The position numbers and the translations under genes were made by a program. From Clostridia bacterium (lineage in GTDB: Bacteria; Bacillota; Clostridia; Christensenellales; QALW01): a DNA stretch of 64,000 bases. The stretch covers positions 1,598-65,597 of the forward strand of contig JAZQII010000038.1 in the NCBI GenBank assembly GCA_045541035.1. The letters are read 5' to 3'. Below, in pieces: positions 54,806 through 64,000 of this stretch. How positions within the stretch are numbered: position 1 is the first letter of the stretch; every line of letters starts with the position of its first letter. The notes beneath the pieces were generated by a model. The model saw only the letters and a program-made list of their open reading frames with translations. It had not been told where the DNA came from and did not search any database.

Positions 54806-55927
54806 ATGATCTATGCAGATTATGCGGCAACAACTCCTTTGGATAATGAAGTATTTGAAGTGATGAAACCGTGTTTTTCAGAAGATTTTGCCAATGCTTC
54901 AAGTGTTCATTGTTCTGGCAGAATTGCTTCACAAAAAATTGAAGATGCGCGAACGATTATTGCAAAAACCATCAACTGCGCAAAAAATGAAGTATACTTT
55001 ACTTCCGGCGGAACGGAAAGCGATAATTGGGCAATAAAAGGCTTTGTAAAGGCAAATGATGTAAAGCATATAATTACATCGTCTATTGAGCATCATGCGG
55101 TTTTAAATGCCTGCAAAGAACTTGAAAATGATGGTGTATCTGTTACTTATCTTCCCGTTGATGAATTTGGCAGAATAAGTATATCAGAACTTGAAAGCGC
55201 CATAAGGAAAGATACGGGGCTTATTTCTGTAATGACTGCAAATAACGAGATCGGTACCATTCAGGATATTGATAAAATTGGTGAAGTAGCAAATAAATAT
55301 AACGTTCCTTTTCATACCGATGCCGTTCAGGCAATGGGCAGTTTGGAAATTGACGTTAAAAGATCCAATATATCAATGCTTTCTGCATCTGCGCATAAGT
55401 TTTACGGACCAAAGGGCATAGGATTTCTTTATATTAAAAACGGTATCAAAATAAAAAATATGTTCTTTGGCGGTGCTCAGGAAAGAGATAGGCGTCCCGG
55501 CACTCTTAATACACCTCTTATTGTTGGCATGGCACATGCCCTTAAAAAAACCGTTGAAAACAGAGAAGAATATAATTCCATACAGAAAAAACGTGTTGAA
55601 AAAGTAAAAAACATAGTTTTAGATAATCTTGACGGCGTTTTTATAAACGGATTTTCAGAAAACAAACTTTCAGGCAATTTAAGTCTTACCTTTAAAAACG
55701 TTCAGGCTGAAGGACTTCTTGTTTTACTTGATATGAAAGGCATTTGTGTTTCTGCAGGCGCGGCGTGTTCTGCGGGCGCAGTTAAAGTTTCTCACGTAAT
55801 CGAAGCAATAAAAAAGCATGATTCAGGTGGAACTGTAAGAATAAGTTTAAGTCATCTGACAACTGAAGATGAAGCCGAAAAAATCGGATATTCAATAGTA
55901 GAATCTGTAAATAATTTAAGAAAATAA
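54806..55927 (+). CDS. nifS: Cysteine desulfurase (NifS/IscS type)
   Basis: MIYADYAATTP..., HH..., PLP-lysine SASAHKFYGPKGIG, active-site loop SAGAACSAG. ATG at 54806; the track start at 54767 lies inside the RNA helix. Confidence 0.88.
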   Translation: MIYADYAATTPLDNEVFEVMKPCFSEDFANASSVHCSGRIASQKIEDARTIIAKTINCAKNEVYFTSGGTESDNWAIKGFVKANDVKHIITSSIEHHAVLNACKELENDGVSVTYLPVDEFGRISISELESAIRKDTGLISVMTANNEIGTIQDIDKIGEVANKYNVPFHTDAVQAMGSLEIDVKRSNISMLSASAHKFYGPKGIGFLYIKNGIKIKNMFFGGAQERDRRPGTLNTPLIVGMAHALKKTVENREEYNSIQKKRVEKVKNIVLDNLDGVFINGFSENKLSGNLSLTFKNVQAEGLLVLLDMKGICVSAGAACSAGAVKVSHVIEAIKKHDSGGTVRISLSHLTTEDEAEKIGYSIVESVNNLRK

Positions 55928-55937
55928 TTGAGAAAAA

Positions 55938-55967
55938 ATGTTGGATATTTTTCCAACATTTTTTTTA
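55938..55967 (+). terminator. Intrinsic terminator after nifS
   Basis: ATGTTGGA (55938-55945) / TCCAACAT (55952-55959) followed by T8. Confidence 0.85.
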
Positions 55968-56007
55968 TTTTTTGGTCAATAATAATAAAAAATCTGAAGG
56001 TGATCAA

Positions 56008-56439
56008 ATGGAAGCAATAAGCAGTTTTATCGGAACTGACGTTTATCTTAACGGCAAGGTAATCGGAAGAATTATCGATTTTATTATTGATTGTAAAAAT
56101 AAGAGTATAAAAGGGATTTCCTGCATTAGTAATACGGGTATAATCCGTTCAAAATTTTTTGTTTTGCGCGAAGGAATTTTGCATCTTGACAGAAACGGTG
56201 TTGTAATTGATAAAAGTAAAATCCGCTTTGATAAATTAAATGAAGAATTTTCAGTTATTTCGCCTGCAAACGATATGACCTACGGTGGAATGGGCGATAT
56301 TTATTTTGATCCGTCAACTCTTTTAATAAAAAGTGTAAGTATAAAAAGGGGATTTTTGGATGACCTCATTTATGGACGCGAATTTCTCAATATTGATGAA
56401 ATAACTATGACGGAAAAGGGAATAGTAAAGTTAGATTGA
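56008..56439 (+). CDS. PRC-barrel domain protein
   Basis: 143 aa from the ATG at 56008 (MEAISSFIGTDVYLNGKVIGRIIDFIID...). The G-x-x-V-x-x-x-G-x-x-I-G-x-I-x-D pattern fits PRC barrels. GAAGGTGA RBS. Confidence 0.65.
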   Translation: MEAISSFIGTDVYLNGKVIGRIIDFIIDCKNKSIKGISCISNTGIIRSKFFVLREGILHLDRNGVVIDKSKIRFDKLNEEFSVISPANDMTYGGMGDIYFDPSTLLIKSVSIKRGFLDDLIYGREFLNIDEITMTEKGIVKLD

Positions 56440-56453
56440 GGAGGTGTAAAAAA

Positions 56454-56600
56454 ATGAAAGCATTAGGAACAGGTATGATGGTTCTTTCAGGCGCAGTTTT
56501 AGGCATGGCGGCAGGAGCATATCTGGTTATGAATAACCATAATGCAAGAAAAATTTACCGTTGCGGTAAACGCTATGCAAAACAGTTGTTAAAGATGTAA
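56454..56600 (+). CDS. Small membrane protein (48 aa), below the ORF-track size cutoff
   Basis: GAGGAGGTG (56438-56446) 7 nt upstream of the ATG at 56454. MKALGTGMMVLSGAVLGMAAGAYLVMNNHNARKIYRCGKRYAKQLLKM: one hydrophobic helix plus a basic tail. TAA at 56598-56600, followed by the hairpin AGGGGC/GCCCCT. Confidence 0.6.
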   Translation: MKALGTGMMVLSGAVLGMAAGAYLVMNNHNARKIYRCGKRYAKQLLKM

Positions 56601-56637
56601 TAAAAAGGGGCGTTGCCCCTACATAAAAGGAAAGTTT

Positions 56638-57660
56638 ATGATTAAAAAGCGAAGTGTAATTCTTATTATTGCAATAATAACAGTCGTTTTTCTTATGGTG
56701 ATTTTCAAAAACTCATTTTTTGAAATAATATCACTTGTTATTTCGGCATCAATTATTGCCTATTTAATTTATCCCCTTATAAAACATCTTGAAAAAAGAG
56801 TAAACAGAAATCTTGCAATATTTTTGGGATTTTTGCTTATTTTTGCATCAATTTTTTCAATAATTTCTCTCCTTGTACCCGTATTTATCGGGCAAATAAA
56901 AAATCTTATGTTTTTTCTTCCCGATTATATTGAAAAAATAAAAAATTACATTGCAGAAATACCGTATCTTAATAATTTAATCAGCGGTTTAGATATCAAT
57001 GAAAAATTGACGTCAGGAACTTCGGAATTATTTTTAAAAGTATCACCCCAAAATATTCTTTCGTTTTTGTCTTCCTTGCTTCTTGTTCCGGTAATAGTCT
57101 TTTATATGCTTAAAGAACGGGAAAAAATTAAAAGTATAAGTCTGTTTCTTTTGCCCACAAAAATGCGAACGCCATCAATATACATTTTCAGGGATATTAA
57201 CCGCCAACTTCGTGATTATATCGTTGGAGAATTTATAATTATAATTACCGTTTCCTTTCTTATGGCGCTGTTGCTTGCGGTTTTTGGCTTTGAATATTGG
57301 CTGATATTAGGTATCATTATGGGAGTTTTTAACATTATTCCTTATATTGGACCAATAATAGGAAGTTTACCGATTCTTCTTACTGCATTTTCCGAAAACA
57401 AAATAATTCTTGCGCTTATTCTTATTATTGCGGTTCAGCAAATTGATAATTTAATAATTCATCCGCGAATAATTTCCGATAGCGTAAAAATTCATCCGGT
57501 TATAGTTTTATTGTGTGTTGTTGCAGGAAGCAGTGTGGGAAATATTTTAGGAATGGTTCTTGCGATACCTGCTTTTATCATTTTTCGCATACTTTTTAAA
57601 GAATTTTACAAATATTTCAGCGAAAGAAAACGGAATTTTCCGCAATTTAGCAAAATATAG
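56638..57660 (+). CDS. AI-2E family transporter (PerM/YtvI-like permease)
   Basis: 340 aa, about 8 TM segments. The ..IPYIGPIIG.. and ..QQIDNLIIHPRI.. motifs are typical of the family. Confidence 0.85.
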   Translation: MIKKRSVILIIAIITVVFLMVIFKNSFFEIISLVISASIIAYLIYPLIKHLEKRVNRNLAIFLGFLLIFASIFSIISLLVPVFIGQIKNLMFFLPDYIEKIKNYIAEIPYLNNLISGLDINEKLTSGTSELFLKVSPQNILSFLSSLLLVPVIVFYMLKEREKIKSISLFLLPTKMRTPSIYIFRDINRQLRDYIVGEFIIIITVSFLMALLLAVFGFEYWLILGIIMGVFNIIPYIGPIIGSLPILLTAFSENKIILALILIIAVQQIDNLIIHPRIISDSVKIHPVIVLLCVVAGSSVGNILGMVLAIPAFIIFRILFKEFYKYFSERKRNFPQFSKI

Positions 57661-57725
57661 TCTTGTAAAAAATCAAATTTTATAATATAATACTCATATA
57701 TAATTTTTTACGGAGGACTTTTATT

Positions 57726-57977
57726 ATGCAGAACATCAACGATACCATGAAATACAGCCGTAGTGAAGACAATGCACAGATCAAAGATATTCTTGTTCAG
57801 GTGTATACCGCATTGCAGGAGAAAGGCTATGACCCCGTAAATCAGATTGTTGGTTATATTCTTTCAGGCGATCCCACTTATATTACAGGCTATAATAATG
57901 CCCGTAACCTTATTCGCAGGGTTGAACGTGATGAACTTTTGGAAGAACTTGTTAAAAAATACGTTGAGAATTGCTGA
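57726..57977 (+). CDS. ireB: IreB family regulatory phosphoprotein (UPF0297)
   Basis: 83 aa, ...[31 protein letters not shown]...RDEL.EELV. Conserved ireB-ruvX-DUF1292 order. Confidence 0.9.
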   Translation: MQNINDTMKYSRSEDNAQIKDILVQVYTALQEKGYDPVNQIVGYILSGDPTYITGYNNARNLIRRVERDELLEELVKKYVENC

Positions 57978-58396
57978 TGAAATATCTTGGTCTTGACGTT
58001 GGCGATAAAAGAATAGGTATATCTTTAAGCACCAGCGGTATTTTGGCAAGCGGTGTTGAAACCTATACTCGCACGTCACTAAAAAACGATTGTGAGCACG
58101 TTCTCGATTTAATAAAACAGTATAAGATAGATATTGTTGTTGCAGGTCTGCCAAAGCATCTTAACGGTGATAAGCATGAGCAAGCCGAAAAAAACGAAGT
58201 TTTTCTTAATGCGTTAAGGGAACACGGTGTAAAAATTGAATATTTTGATGAAAGGCTTACTTCTGCGGCTGCTGAAAAAGCAATGCTTGAAGCAGATCTT
58301 TCACGCAAAAAAAGAAAAGAAAACGTTGATAAACTTGCAGCGGTTATAATTTTGCAGGATTATCTCGATCTTAAAAACGGAGGGACTTTTTTATGA
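57977..58396 (+). CDS. ruvX: Holliday junction resolvase-like protein RuvX (YqgF)
   Basis: [16 protein letters not shown]..., ...DERLTS..A. ATG at 57977 overlaps the ireB stop (TGATG). Confidence 0.92.
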   Translation: MKYLGLDVGDKRIGISLSTSGILASGVETYTRTSLKNDCEHVLDLIKQYKIDIVVAGLPKHLNGDKHEQAEKNEVFLNALREHGVKIEYFDERLTSAAAEKAMLEADLSRKKRKENVDKLAAVIILQDYLDLKNGGTFL

Positions 58397-58662
58397 GTGA
58401 AAATCAGGAAAACATAGTATTAACACTTGTCGATGAAAATGACGAAAGTTTTGATGCTGAACTTATTGACAGCATTTCTTATGACGGCCACATATATAAT
58501 CTTTTTGTTCCCGTTGAGGAAAAAGATAATGAAGAACCACAGGTAATTATTCTTGAATATCAGGAGGAGGGCGACGATATCGTGCTTCTTCCCGTTGAAA
58601 ACGAAGTGCTTCTTGATGAGATCTGGGCGGCGTATGAAGAAGAATTTGAGGAAGAAGAATAA
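58393..58662 (+). CDS. DUF1292 domain protein
   Basis: 89 aa, acidic, ..L.DE.G....FE..D.....G..Y....P.... pattern. Standard position after ruvX. Confidence 0.85.
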   Translation: MSENQENIVLTLVDENDESFDAELIDSISYDGHIYNLFVPVEEKDNEEPQVIILEYQEEGDDIVLLPVENEVLLDEIWAAYEEEFEEEE

Positions 58663-58690
58663 TTTTTTTAAAAAAAATAAAGGATTTTTG

Positions 58691-58728
58691 AGTCTTTTGC
58701 GGAATTATTATAGCAAAAGACTTTTTTT
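58691..58728 (+). terminator. Intrinsic terminator
   Basis: AGTCTTTTGC (58691-58700) / GCAAAAGACT (58713-58722) followed by T7. Confidence 0.85.
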
Positions 58729-58745
58729 ATTGAAAGGCTGTTTTT

Positions 58746-59744
58746 ATGAGAATAGATACTGAGCTTTTTGAAAAAAATTATTTATCGCCTTATGCCGCCA
58801 AGGCAAGCGAAAGTAAAGGCAGAGAAGTTTATGAAGAAGAATGTGATCTTCGCACCGCATTCCAGAGAGACCGCGATAGAATTATATATTGTAAATCTTT
58901 CAGGCGGTTAAAACATAAAACTCAAGTTTTTCTTTCTCCTGAAGGGGATCATTACCGCACAAGATTGACGCATACCCTTGAAGTTACACAAATTGCCCGC
59001 ACCATAGCCCGCGCTTTAAGGCTTAATGAAGATCTTGCCGAAGCAATTGCAATGGGGCACGATTTAGGGCATACTCCTTTCGGTCATGCAGGTGAAAGAG
59101 TTTTAAACCGTCTCTCTTCAACGGGTTTTGAACATAACGTTCAGTCCCGTCGCGTAGTTGAAAAACTCGAAAACGGTGAAGGTCTTAATCTTACGTGGGA
59201 AGTTCGTGACGGTATTGAAAACCACACCAGCCGTTCCAAACCCTCAACACTTGAAGGTAAGATCGTTTCCTATGCAGATAGAATTGCTTACATAAATCAC
59301 GATATTGATGATGCCTGCCGTGCAGGAATCATTACCGAAGCAGATCTTCCTTTCAGAACAAACATGATGCTTGGAATGGATAATTCTTCAAGAATAGATA
59401 CTCTCGTAACTGACATTATAAAAAACAGTTACGAAAAAAACGATATAATTATGTCTGATGAGATATATGAAGTTATGAATGAACTTCGCGATTATATGTT
59501 TAAAAATATATATTCTTCTCAAAGTTCAGCAAAAACAGAAGAAATTAAAGCTGAAGGTGTTATAGAAAACCTTTTTAATGCTTACATGAATGATGATTCT
59601 CTGCTTCCTCAAACCATTAAAATTGCAATAAAACAGTTTGGCAGAGAGCAGGCAGTATGCGATTATATAGCCGGTATGAGCGACGGCTACGCTTTAAGGG
59701 AATATGAACGTTTGTTCGTTCCGCGCTCATGGCAAAAAAATTAA
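58746..59744 (+). CDS. dgt: dGTPase-like HD-domain triphosphohydrolase
   Basis: FQRDRDRI..S..FRRL..KTQVF, RLTHTLEV.QIAR, GHDLGHTPFGH motifs. Upstream of dnaG, as in many Firmicutes. Confidence 0.88.
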   Translation: MRIDTELFEKNYLSPYAAKASESKGREVYEEECDLRTAFQRDRDRIIYCKSFRRLKHKTQVFLSPEGDHYRTRLTHTLEVTQIARTIARALRLNEDLAEAIAMGHDLGHTPFGHAGERVLNRLSSTGFEHNVQSRRVVEKLENGEGLNLTWEVRDGIENHTSRSKPSTLEGKIVSYADRIAYINHDIDDACRAGIITEADLPFRTNMMLGMDNSSRIDTLVTDIIKNSYEKNDIIMSDEIYEVMNELRDYMFKNIYSSQSSAKTEEIKAEGVIENLFNAYMNDDSLLPQTIKIAIKQFGREQAVCDYIAGMSDGYALREYERLFVPRSWQKN

Positions 59745-59756
59745 AAGGAGGCAGTC

Positions 59757-61514
59757 ATGCCAAGAATCCCTGAATCATTTATTGATGCGGTGGTGGATAA
59801 AGTCGATATAGTTGACGTTATTTCCGAATACGTTTCATTGCAGAAACGCGGCAATAAATACGTGGGACTATGTCCTTTCCATAACGAAAAAACGGCATCT
59901 TTTACAGTTGACGGCGATAAACAGTTGTTTTATTGCTTCGGCTGTCACGTAGGCGGAAACCTGATAGGTTTTTTGGAAAAAAAGGAAAATCTTACTTTTT
60001 ATGAAACCATCGAGGAACTTGCAAAACGTGCCAATATGCCCATGCCCGTTTCCGAAGAAAAGGGTGCACCGACTTTCAATAAAGATACGAAAAATAAAAT
60101 ATATGAAGCCAACAAAGAAGCGGCACGGTTTTATTTCAACACTCTTTTTGAACCTGAAGGGGCAGAGGGGCTTGAATATTTTGTAAACCGCGGTTTAACC
60201 GAAAATATAATTAAACGTTTTGGGTTAGGCTATGCGCCTAATTTCCGCGATGCATTGGTAAAACATCTGAAATCAAAAGGTTTTGATGAAGATACGATAA
60301 TTCTTGCAGGTCTTGCGCAGAAAAATGAGTACGGTATCCGCGATAATTTCCGAACCCGTGTTATGTTTCCCATAATTGCGCCAACAGGTGAAATACTTGG
60401 CTTTGGCGGCCGTGTTCTGGATAAATCACTTCCCAAATACATAAATACCGGCGATACACCTGTGTTTAATAAGCGCAAAAATCTTTATGCCTTAAATATT
60501 CTTAAGAAAAATAACAAAGGCAGAGCAATTATCGGCGAAGGTTACATGGATGTTATTGCTCTTAATATGGCAGGCTTTGATTACGGCGTTGCATCATTGG
60601 GAACGGCAGTTACCCCTGAGCAAGTTCGTCTTTTAAAACGGTATGCTCAGGAAATCTATATCTGCTATGACGGTGATAAAGCGGGGATCAGCGCAACACA
60701 TAAAGTTATTGATCTGATGAAAGAGGCGGAATTAAAACCAAGAATCATCGCGCTTCCTTTAGGCGTTGATCCTGATGAGTTTATAAAAGAGAACGGCAAA
60801 GAAGCGTTCTGGGAAAAAATGAAAACTGCCCGAACAAGCATTGAATATCTTATGGATGAAGTAAAAGAGCAATGCGATATGAAGACGGAAGAAGGCAGAG
60901 CAGAATTTGCCCAGAAATCAACGGCAATAGTTGAAAAATACGCTTTTGACAGTATTGAAACCGAAATGTATTTAAAGAGAATCAATCAGTTAAGCGGTTT
61001 TTCAATAGATTCTTTATATAAAACTTTCGATAATAAAAAGCCGAAACCTGAAGGTCAAAATGATGTTGCTTACGGTATTTTAAATAAGTTTGATTCAATT
61101 ACCGAGCGCGCCCTTGTTTCTGTGCTTATTGAGAATCCCAATCTTATTGACAACGCGCAGATGATATTGAATGATGAGTATTTTACTAATAACGCTTATC
61201 TGAAAATATTCAAATATTTGTGCGAAAATCAGGAAAAAACGTCAATATCTTCTCTCATGCGCCATTTTGAAGGGGACGAGCAGGTGATTACTGCCTTATC
61301 GGCAGTAGGTATTGAAAGTACCGTGTTTGGCGATCCAAGCGCATATCTTGAAGACTGTTGCCTGAAAATTGCAATGGATCATCTTAACCGCAAAAGGGAC
61401 GAGCTTAAATCAAATCTTAATAATCCTGATTTCACACCTCAGGAAAAAATTGCTTTTGCAGGCGAAATTGCAAAAATAGATAAAGAAATTAAAGAAATAC
61501 GCAGTAAATTTTAG
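59757..61514 (+). CDS. dnaG: DNA primase
   Basis: Zinc finger CPFHNEKTASF...CFGCH, RNA polymerase core, Toprim EGYMDVIAL and DGDKAG. Confidence 0.96.
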   Translation: MPRIPESFIDAVVDKVDIVDVISEYVSLQKRGNKYVGLCPFHNEKTASFTVDGDKQLFYCFGCHVGGNLIGFLEKKENLTFYETIEELAKRANMPMPVSEEKGAPTFNKDTKNKIYEANKEAARFYFNTLFEPEGAEGLEYFVNRGLTENIIKRFGLGYAPNFRDALVKHLKSKGFDEDTIILAGLAQKNEYGIRDNFRTRVMFPIIAPTGEILGFGGRVLDKSLPKYINTGDTPVFNKRKNLYALNILKKNNKGRAIIGEGYMDVIALNMAGFDYGVASLGTAVTPEQVRLLKRYAQEIYICYDGDKAGISATHKVIDLMKEAELKPRIIALPLGVDPDEFIKENGKEAFWEKMKTARTSIEYLMDEVKEQCDMKTEEGRAEFAQKSTAIVEKYAFDSIETEMYLKRINQLSGFSIDSLYKTFDNKKPKPEGQNDVAYGILNKFDSITERALVSVLIENPNLIDNAQMILNDEYFTNNAYLKIFKYLCENQEKTSISSLMRHFEGDEQVITALSAVGIESTVFGDPSAYLEDCCLKIAMDHLNRKRDELKSNLNNPDFTPQEKIAFAGEIAKIDKEIKEIRSKF

Positions 61515-61526
61515 GAGGAAATATTT

Positions 61527-62633
61527 ATGAGCGAAAATATTGAATTCAGTGATCAACTTATTGATAAAATGAGTGAGATCAAGAAAAAAATTAAAGAAGG
61601 CAGTATTAAAAAAACACTTACGTATACAGAGGTTATTGATCTGCTTGACGGTGTTGATTATGATGTTGATCAGATCGAAAAAATCTTTGATCTTTTTGAA
61701 AATATGGGCGTTAAGATACAGAGTGACGTTGATCCCGATTTAGAAAATATTATGGAATCACTTCCCGAAAGCGATTCCCATATGATCGTTCTTAATGATA
61801 GCGTAAGCGTTGATGATCCCGTCAGAATGTATCTTAAGGAAATGGGTAAGGTGCCTCTGCTTTCTGCAGATGAAGAAATTGAAATTGCCCGCCGTGTTGA
61901 AAACGGTGATGAAAAAGCGAGAGAAAAACTTGCAGAAGCGAATCTTCGTCTTGTTGTAAGCATTGCAAAACGTTACGTTGGCCGCGGTATGCTTTTCCTT
62001 GATCTTATTCAGGAAGGTAATTTAGGTCTTATTAAGGCAGTAGAAAAATTTGACTATACTAAAGGCTATAAATTCTCAACATATGCAACGTGGTGGATCC
62101 GTCAAGCAATCACACGTGCTATTGCCGATCAGGCACGTACTATCCGTATTCCCGTTCATATGGTTGAAACAATACATAAACTTTCACGGGTAAAGCGTCA
62201 GCTTGTTCAGGCGCTCGGCAGAGATCCTCAGGTAGAAGAAATTGCCGAAGCAATGGAAGTTTCCGTTGAACGTGTCCGTGAAATAATTAAGATTGCTCAG
62301 GATCCCGTTTCGTTGGAAACACCTATCGGTGAAGAAGAAGACAGTCATTTAGGCGATTTCATTCCCGATGATGATATTCCGCTTCCGTCAGATGCTGCCG
62401 CCGCAACACTTTTAAAAGAGCAGTTAATGCAGGTTTTAAGCACACTTACTCCCCGTGAAGAGAAAGTTCTGCGCTTGCGCTTTGGCATTGATGACGGCAG
62501 AGCACGTACTCTTGAAGAAGTTGGTAAAGAGTTTAACGTTACCCGTGAACGTATCCGTCAGATTGAAGCAAAGGCTTTAAGAAAACTTCGCCATCCTTCA
62601 AGAAGCAGAAAATTAAAGGATTATCTTGAATAA
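61527..62633 (+). CDS. sigA: RNA polymerase primary sigma factor
   Basis: Regions 1.2-4.2 are present ([44 protein letters not shown]). dnaG-sigA operon context. Confidence 0.97.
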   Translation: MSENIEFSDQLIDKMSEIKKKIKEGSIKKTLTYTEVIDLLDGVDYDVDQIEKIFDLFENMGVKIQSDVDPDLENIMESLPESDSHMIVLNDSVSVDDPVRMYLKEMGKVPLLSADEEIEIARRVENGDEKAREKLAEANLRLVVSIAKRYVGRGMLFLDLIQEGNLGLIKAVEKFDYTKGYKFSTYATWWIRQAITRAIADQARTIRIPVHMVETIHKLSRVKRQLVQALGRDPQVEEIAEAMEVSVERVREIIKIAQDPVSLETPIGEEEDSHLGDFIPDDDIPLPSDAAAATLLKEQLMQVLSTLTPREEKVLRLRFGIDDGRARTLEEVGKEFNVTRERIRQIEAKALRKLRHPSRSRKLKDYLE

Positions 62634-63292
62634 TGCTTACTCCGCGTTTTGAAGCAATAGTAGAACTTCTCGGAAAAAATGATTTAGTTGCCGATATTGG
62701 TTGCGATCACGGCAAGTTAAGCGCCTTTTTAATAAAAAACGGACTTGCCCAAAGAGTTTTTGCTTCTGATATTTCAGAGCCTTCTTTGGAAAAAGCCAAA
62801 AAACTTGTTGAAAAGGAAAACTTAAAAAACGTATTCTTTTATGTCAGCGACGGCTTTTCTGAATTTAATGAAAAGCCTGATGCGGCAGTTATTGCAGGAA
62901 TGGGTGGTGAGATAATTAAAAATATTATTTCCCATCCCTTTGCAAAAACTAAACTTGTGCTTCAACCGATGAAAGATTCAGATATCCTTTTTAAAGGACT
63001 TTATGAATTAGGCTTCTGTATCGAAAAAGAAGTAATTGCCCGAGAAGGCGGCAGGTTTTATGAAGTGATTCTTGCATCGCCCGGAGAAGATAAGCCTTTT
63101 AATTATTTTCTTCCTCCTATGGATAGGCTTAAAAAAGATGAAATTGCCCTTAAATTTTTAGAACATAAAATTTTAGTTTTGAAAAAGGCGGCAAAGGGCG
63201 CGCAGAATACAAGTAATAATTATCGTTTTATTGAATTGTCAGAAATGATTAAAACTATTGAAGGAGTTATAAAAAATGATTTCGGTAAATGA
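62633..63292 (+). CDS. trmK: tRNA (adenine(22)-N(1))-methyltransferase
   Basis: L..R......L.......VADIGCDHGKL, ...ASDI...L, AGMGG. Standard position after sigA. The ATG overlaps the sigA stop. Confidence 0.88.
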   Translation: MLTPRFEAIVELLGKNDLVADIGCDHGKLSAFLIKNGLAQRVFASDISEPSLEKAKKLVEKENLKNVFFYVSDGFSEFNEKPDAAVIAGMGGEIIKNIISHPFAKTKLVLQPMKDSDILFKGLYELGFCIEKEVIAREGGRFYEVILASPGEDKPFNYFLPPMDRLKKDEIALKFLEHKILVLKKAAKGAQNTSNNYRFIELSEMIKTIEGVIKNDFGK

Positions 63293-64000
63293 TGTAATAA
63301 CTGAAATTGAAAAACTTGCAAAACCGCAGTACGCTTACGATTGGGATAATTGCGGTCTTTTAGCAGGGGATAGAAAAAGTCAGGTTGAGAAAATTCTTAT
63401 AACTCTTGATATCACGAAAGAAGTTGCCCTTGAAGCAAAAGAAAAAAATTGTCAGATGATCATTTCCCATCATCCGCTTATTTTTAAAGCAGTAAAGAAT
63501 TTAAGTACCGATACTTATGAAGGTGAAGTATTATCGATTCTTTATAAAAACAATATTGCTCTTTACTGCGCCCACACAAGCCTTGATATTGCTTCAGGCG
63601 GAGTTAATGACGTTTTGTGCGAAAAACTTATGCTTAACAACGTTTCCCTTGTTTCTGAAATGAATGTTTTGGGCGAAACGGTTGCTTGCGCAAGAAAAGG
63701 GGATTTACCCCATGATTTTTCCAAGGGTGAACTTATTGAATATATAAAAAACATAACGGGCGCAACGAAACTTGATTATAATCTTTTAGATAAAACTTAT
63801 AAAACAATAGCGCTTTGCGCAGGTTCAGGCGAAGAATTTGCCTTTGAAAGCGATGCTGACGTTTTTTTGACGGGTGAAATAAAATATCATACCGCCCTTG
63901 AGATGAAACGCCAAAATATCTCATTTATCGCCGCAGGCCATTATTTTACGGAAGTACATATAGCAGAAGGTCTTTCACGCTATTTACAAAAACAGTTTAA
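63276..64000 (+). CDS. Nif3-family dinuclear metal centre protein (YqfO-like), partial (runs off window end)
   Basis: ATG at 63276. MISVNDVITEIEKLAKPQYAYDWDNCGLLAGD..., ISHHPLIFK and YCAHTSLD motifs. Open at position 64000, so absent from the ORF track. Confidence 0.88.
   Translation, partial: MISVNDVITEIEKLAKPQYAYDWDNCGLLAGDRKSQVEKILITLDITKEVALEAKEKNCQMIISHHPLIFKAVKNLSTDTYEGEVLSILYKNNIALYCAHTSLDIASGGVNDVLCEKLMLNNVSLVSEMNVLGETVACARKGDLPHDFSKGELIEYIKNITGATKLDYNLLDKTYKTIALCAGSGEEFAFESDADVFLTGEIKYHTALEMKRQNISFIAAGHYFTEVHIAEGLSRYLQKQF

Noticed and set aside
1-64000. Searched for mobile elements, prophage, defence systems, CRISPR arrays, and tRNA or rRNA genes
   Set aside because: I recognised no transposase, integrase, recombinase, reverse transcriptase, restriction-modification, Cas or toxin-antitoxin signatures. 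No spacer-containing repeat arrays or tRNA-like T-arm/acceptor patterns were seen. Gene order is typical conserved Firmicutes core synteny.

Overview
This window looks like a low-GC Firmicutes (Clostridia-like) chromosomal core region, densely packed with housekeeping genes. I found no rRNA, tRNA, CRISPR array, transposase, integrase or phage genes.

Gene content, left to right:
- An Opp/Dpp-type ABC transporter operon on the minus strand, ending in an odd lipoprotein gene that runs off the window.
- A small fucose locus: a PocR/AraC regulator, a GH95 alpha-L-fucosidase and fucI.
- A tightly packed five-gene operon around the uncharacterised UPF0210/UPF0237 (ACT) pair.
- htrA and rpsF-ssb-rpsR.
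- An AraC regulator next to an Fe-alcohol dehydrogenase.
- addAB and glyQS.
- A secreted, membrane-anchored protein of unknown function.
- nth, obg, nadD-yqeK-rsfS and pgi.
- An isolated Wzz / BY-kinase / PHP-phosphatase trio.
- A sortase B-like protein with an SH3b domain, followed by an alpha/beta hydrolase.
- mutS2.
- A two-component system followed by a second htrA (CssRS-like layout).
- A zinc-ribbon, repeat-rich membrane protein.
- A class A PBP, then a PucR-type regulator with ctpA.
- A TM1266-like ACT-fold protein with an NMT1-type ABC transporter.
- Two cysteine desulfurase paralogs flanking a DUF3343 gene.
- ireB-ruvX-DUF1292, dgt-dnaG-sigA and trmK-nif3.

The best candidate for something undescribed is a roughly 280-nt G+C-enriched structured RNA at about 54503-54780. 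It lies between the DUF3343 gene and the nifS-like gene and has a possible promoter of its own. It is closed by a contiguous 24-bp helix whose only non-Watson-Crick positions are G-U on the plus strand. I could not match it to any RNA family I know.

The second candidate is a terminator/antiterminator-like leader at about 49740-49880, in front of the ACT-like/ABC operon.

All other findings are modest. I saw no defence island or mobile element. Family assignments rest on motif recognition by eye; no searches were run.
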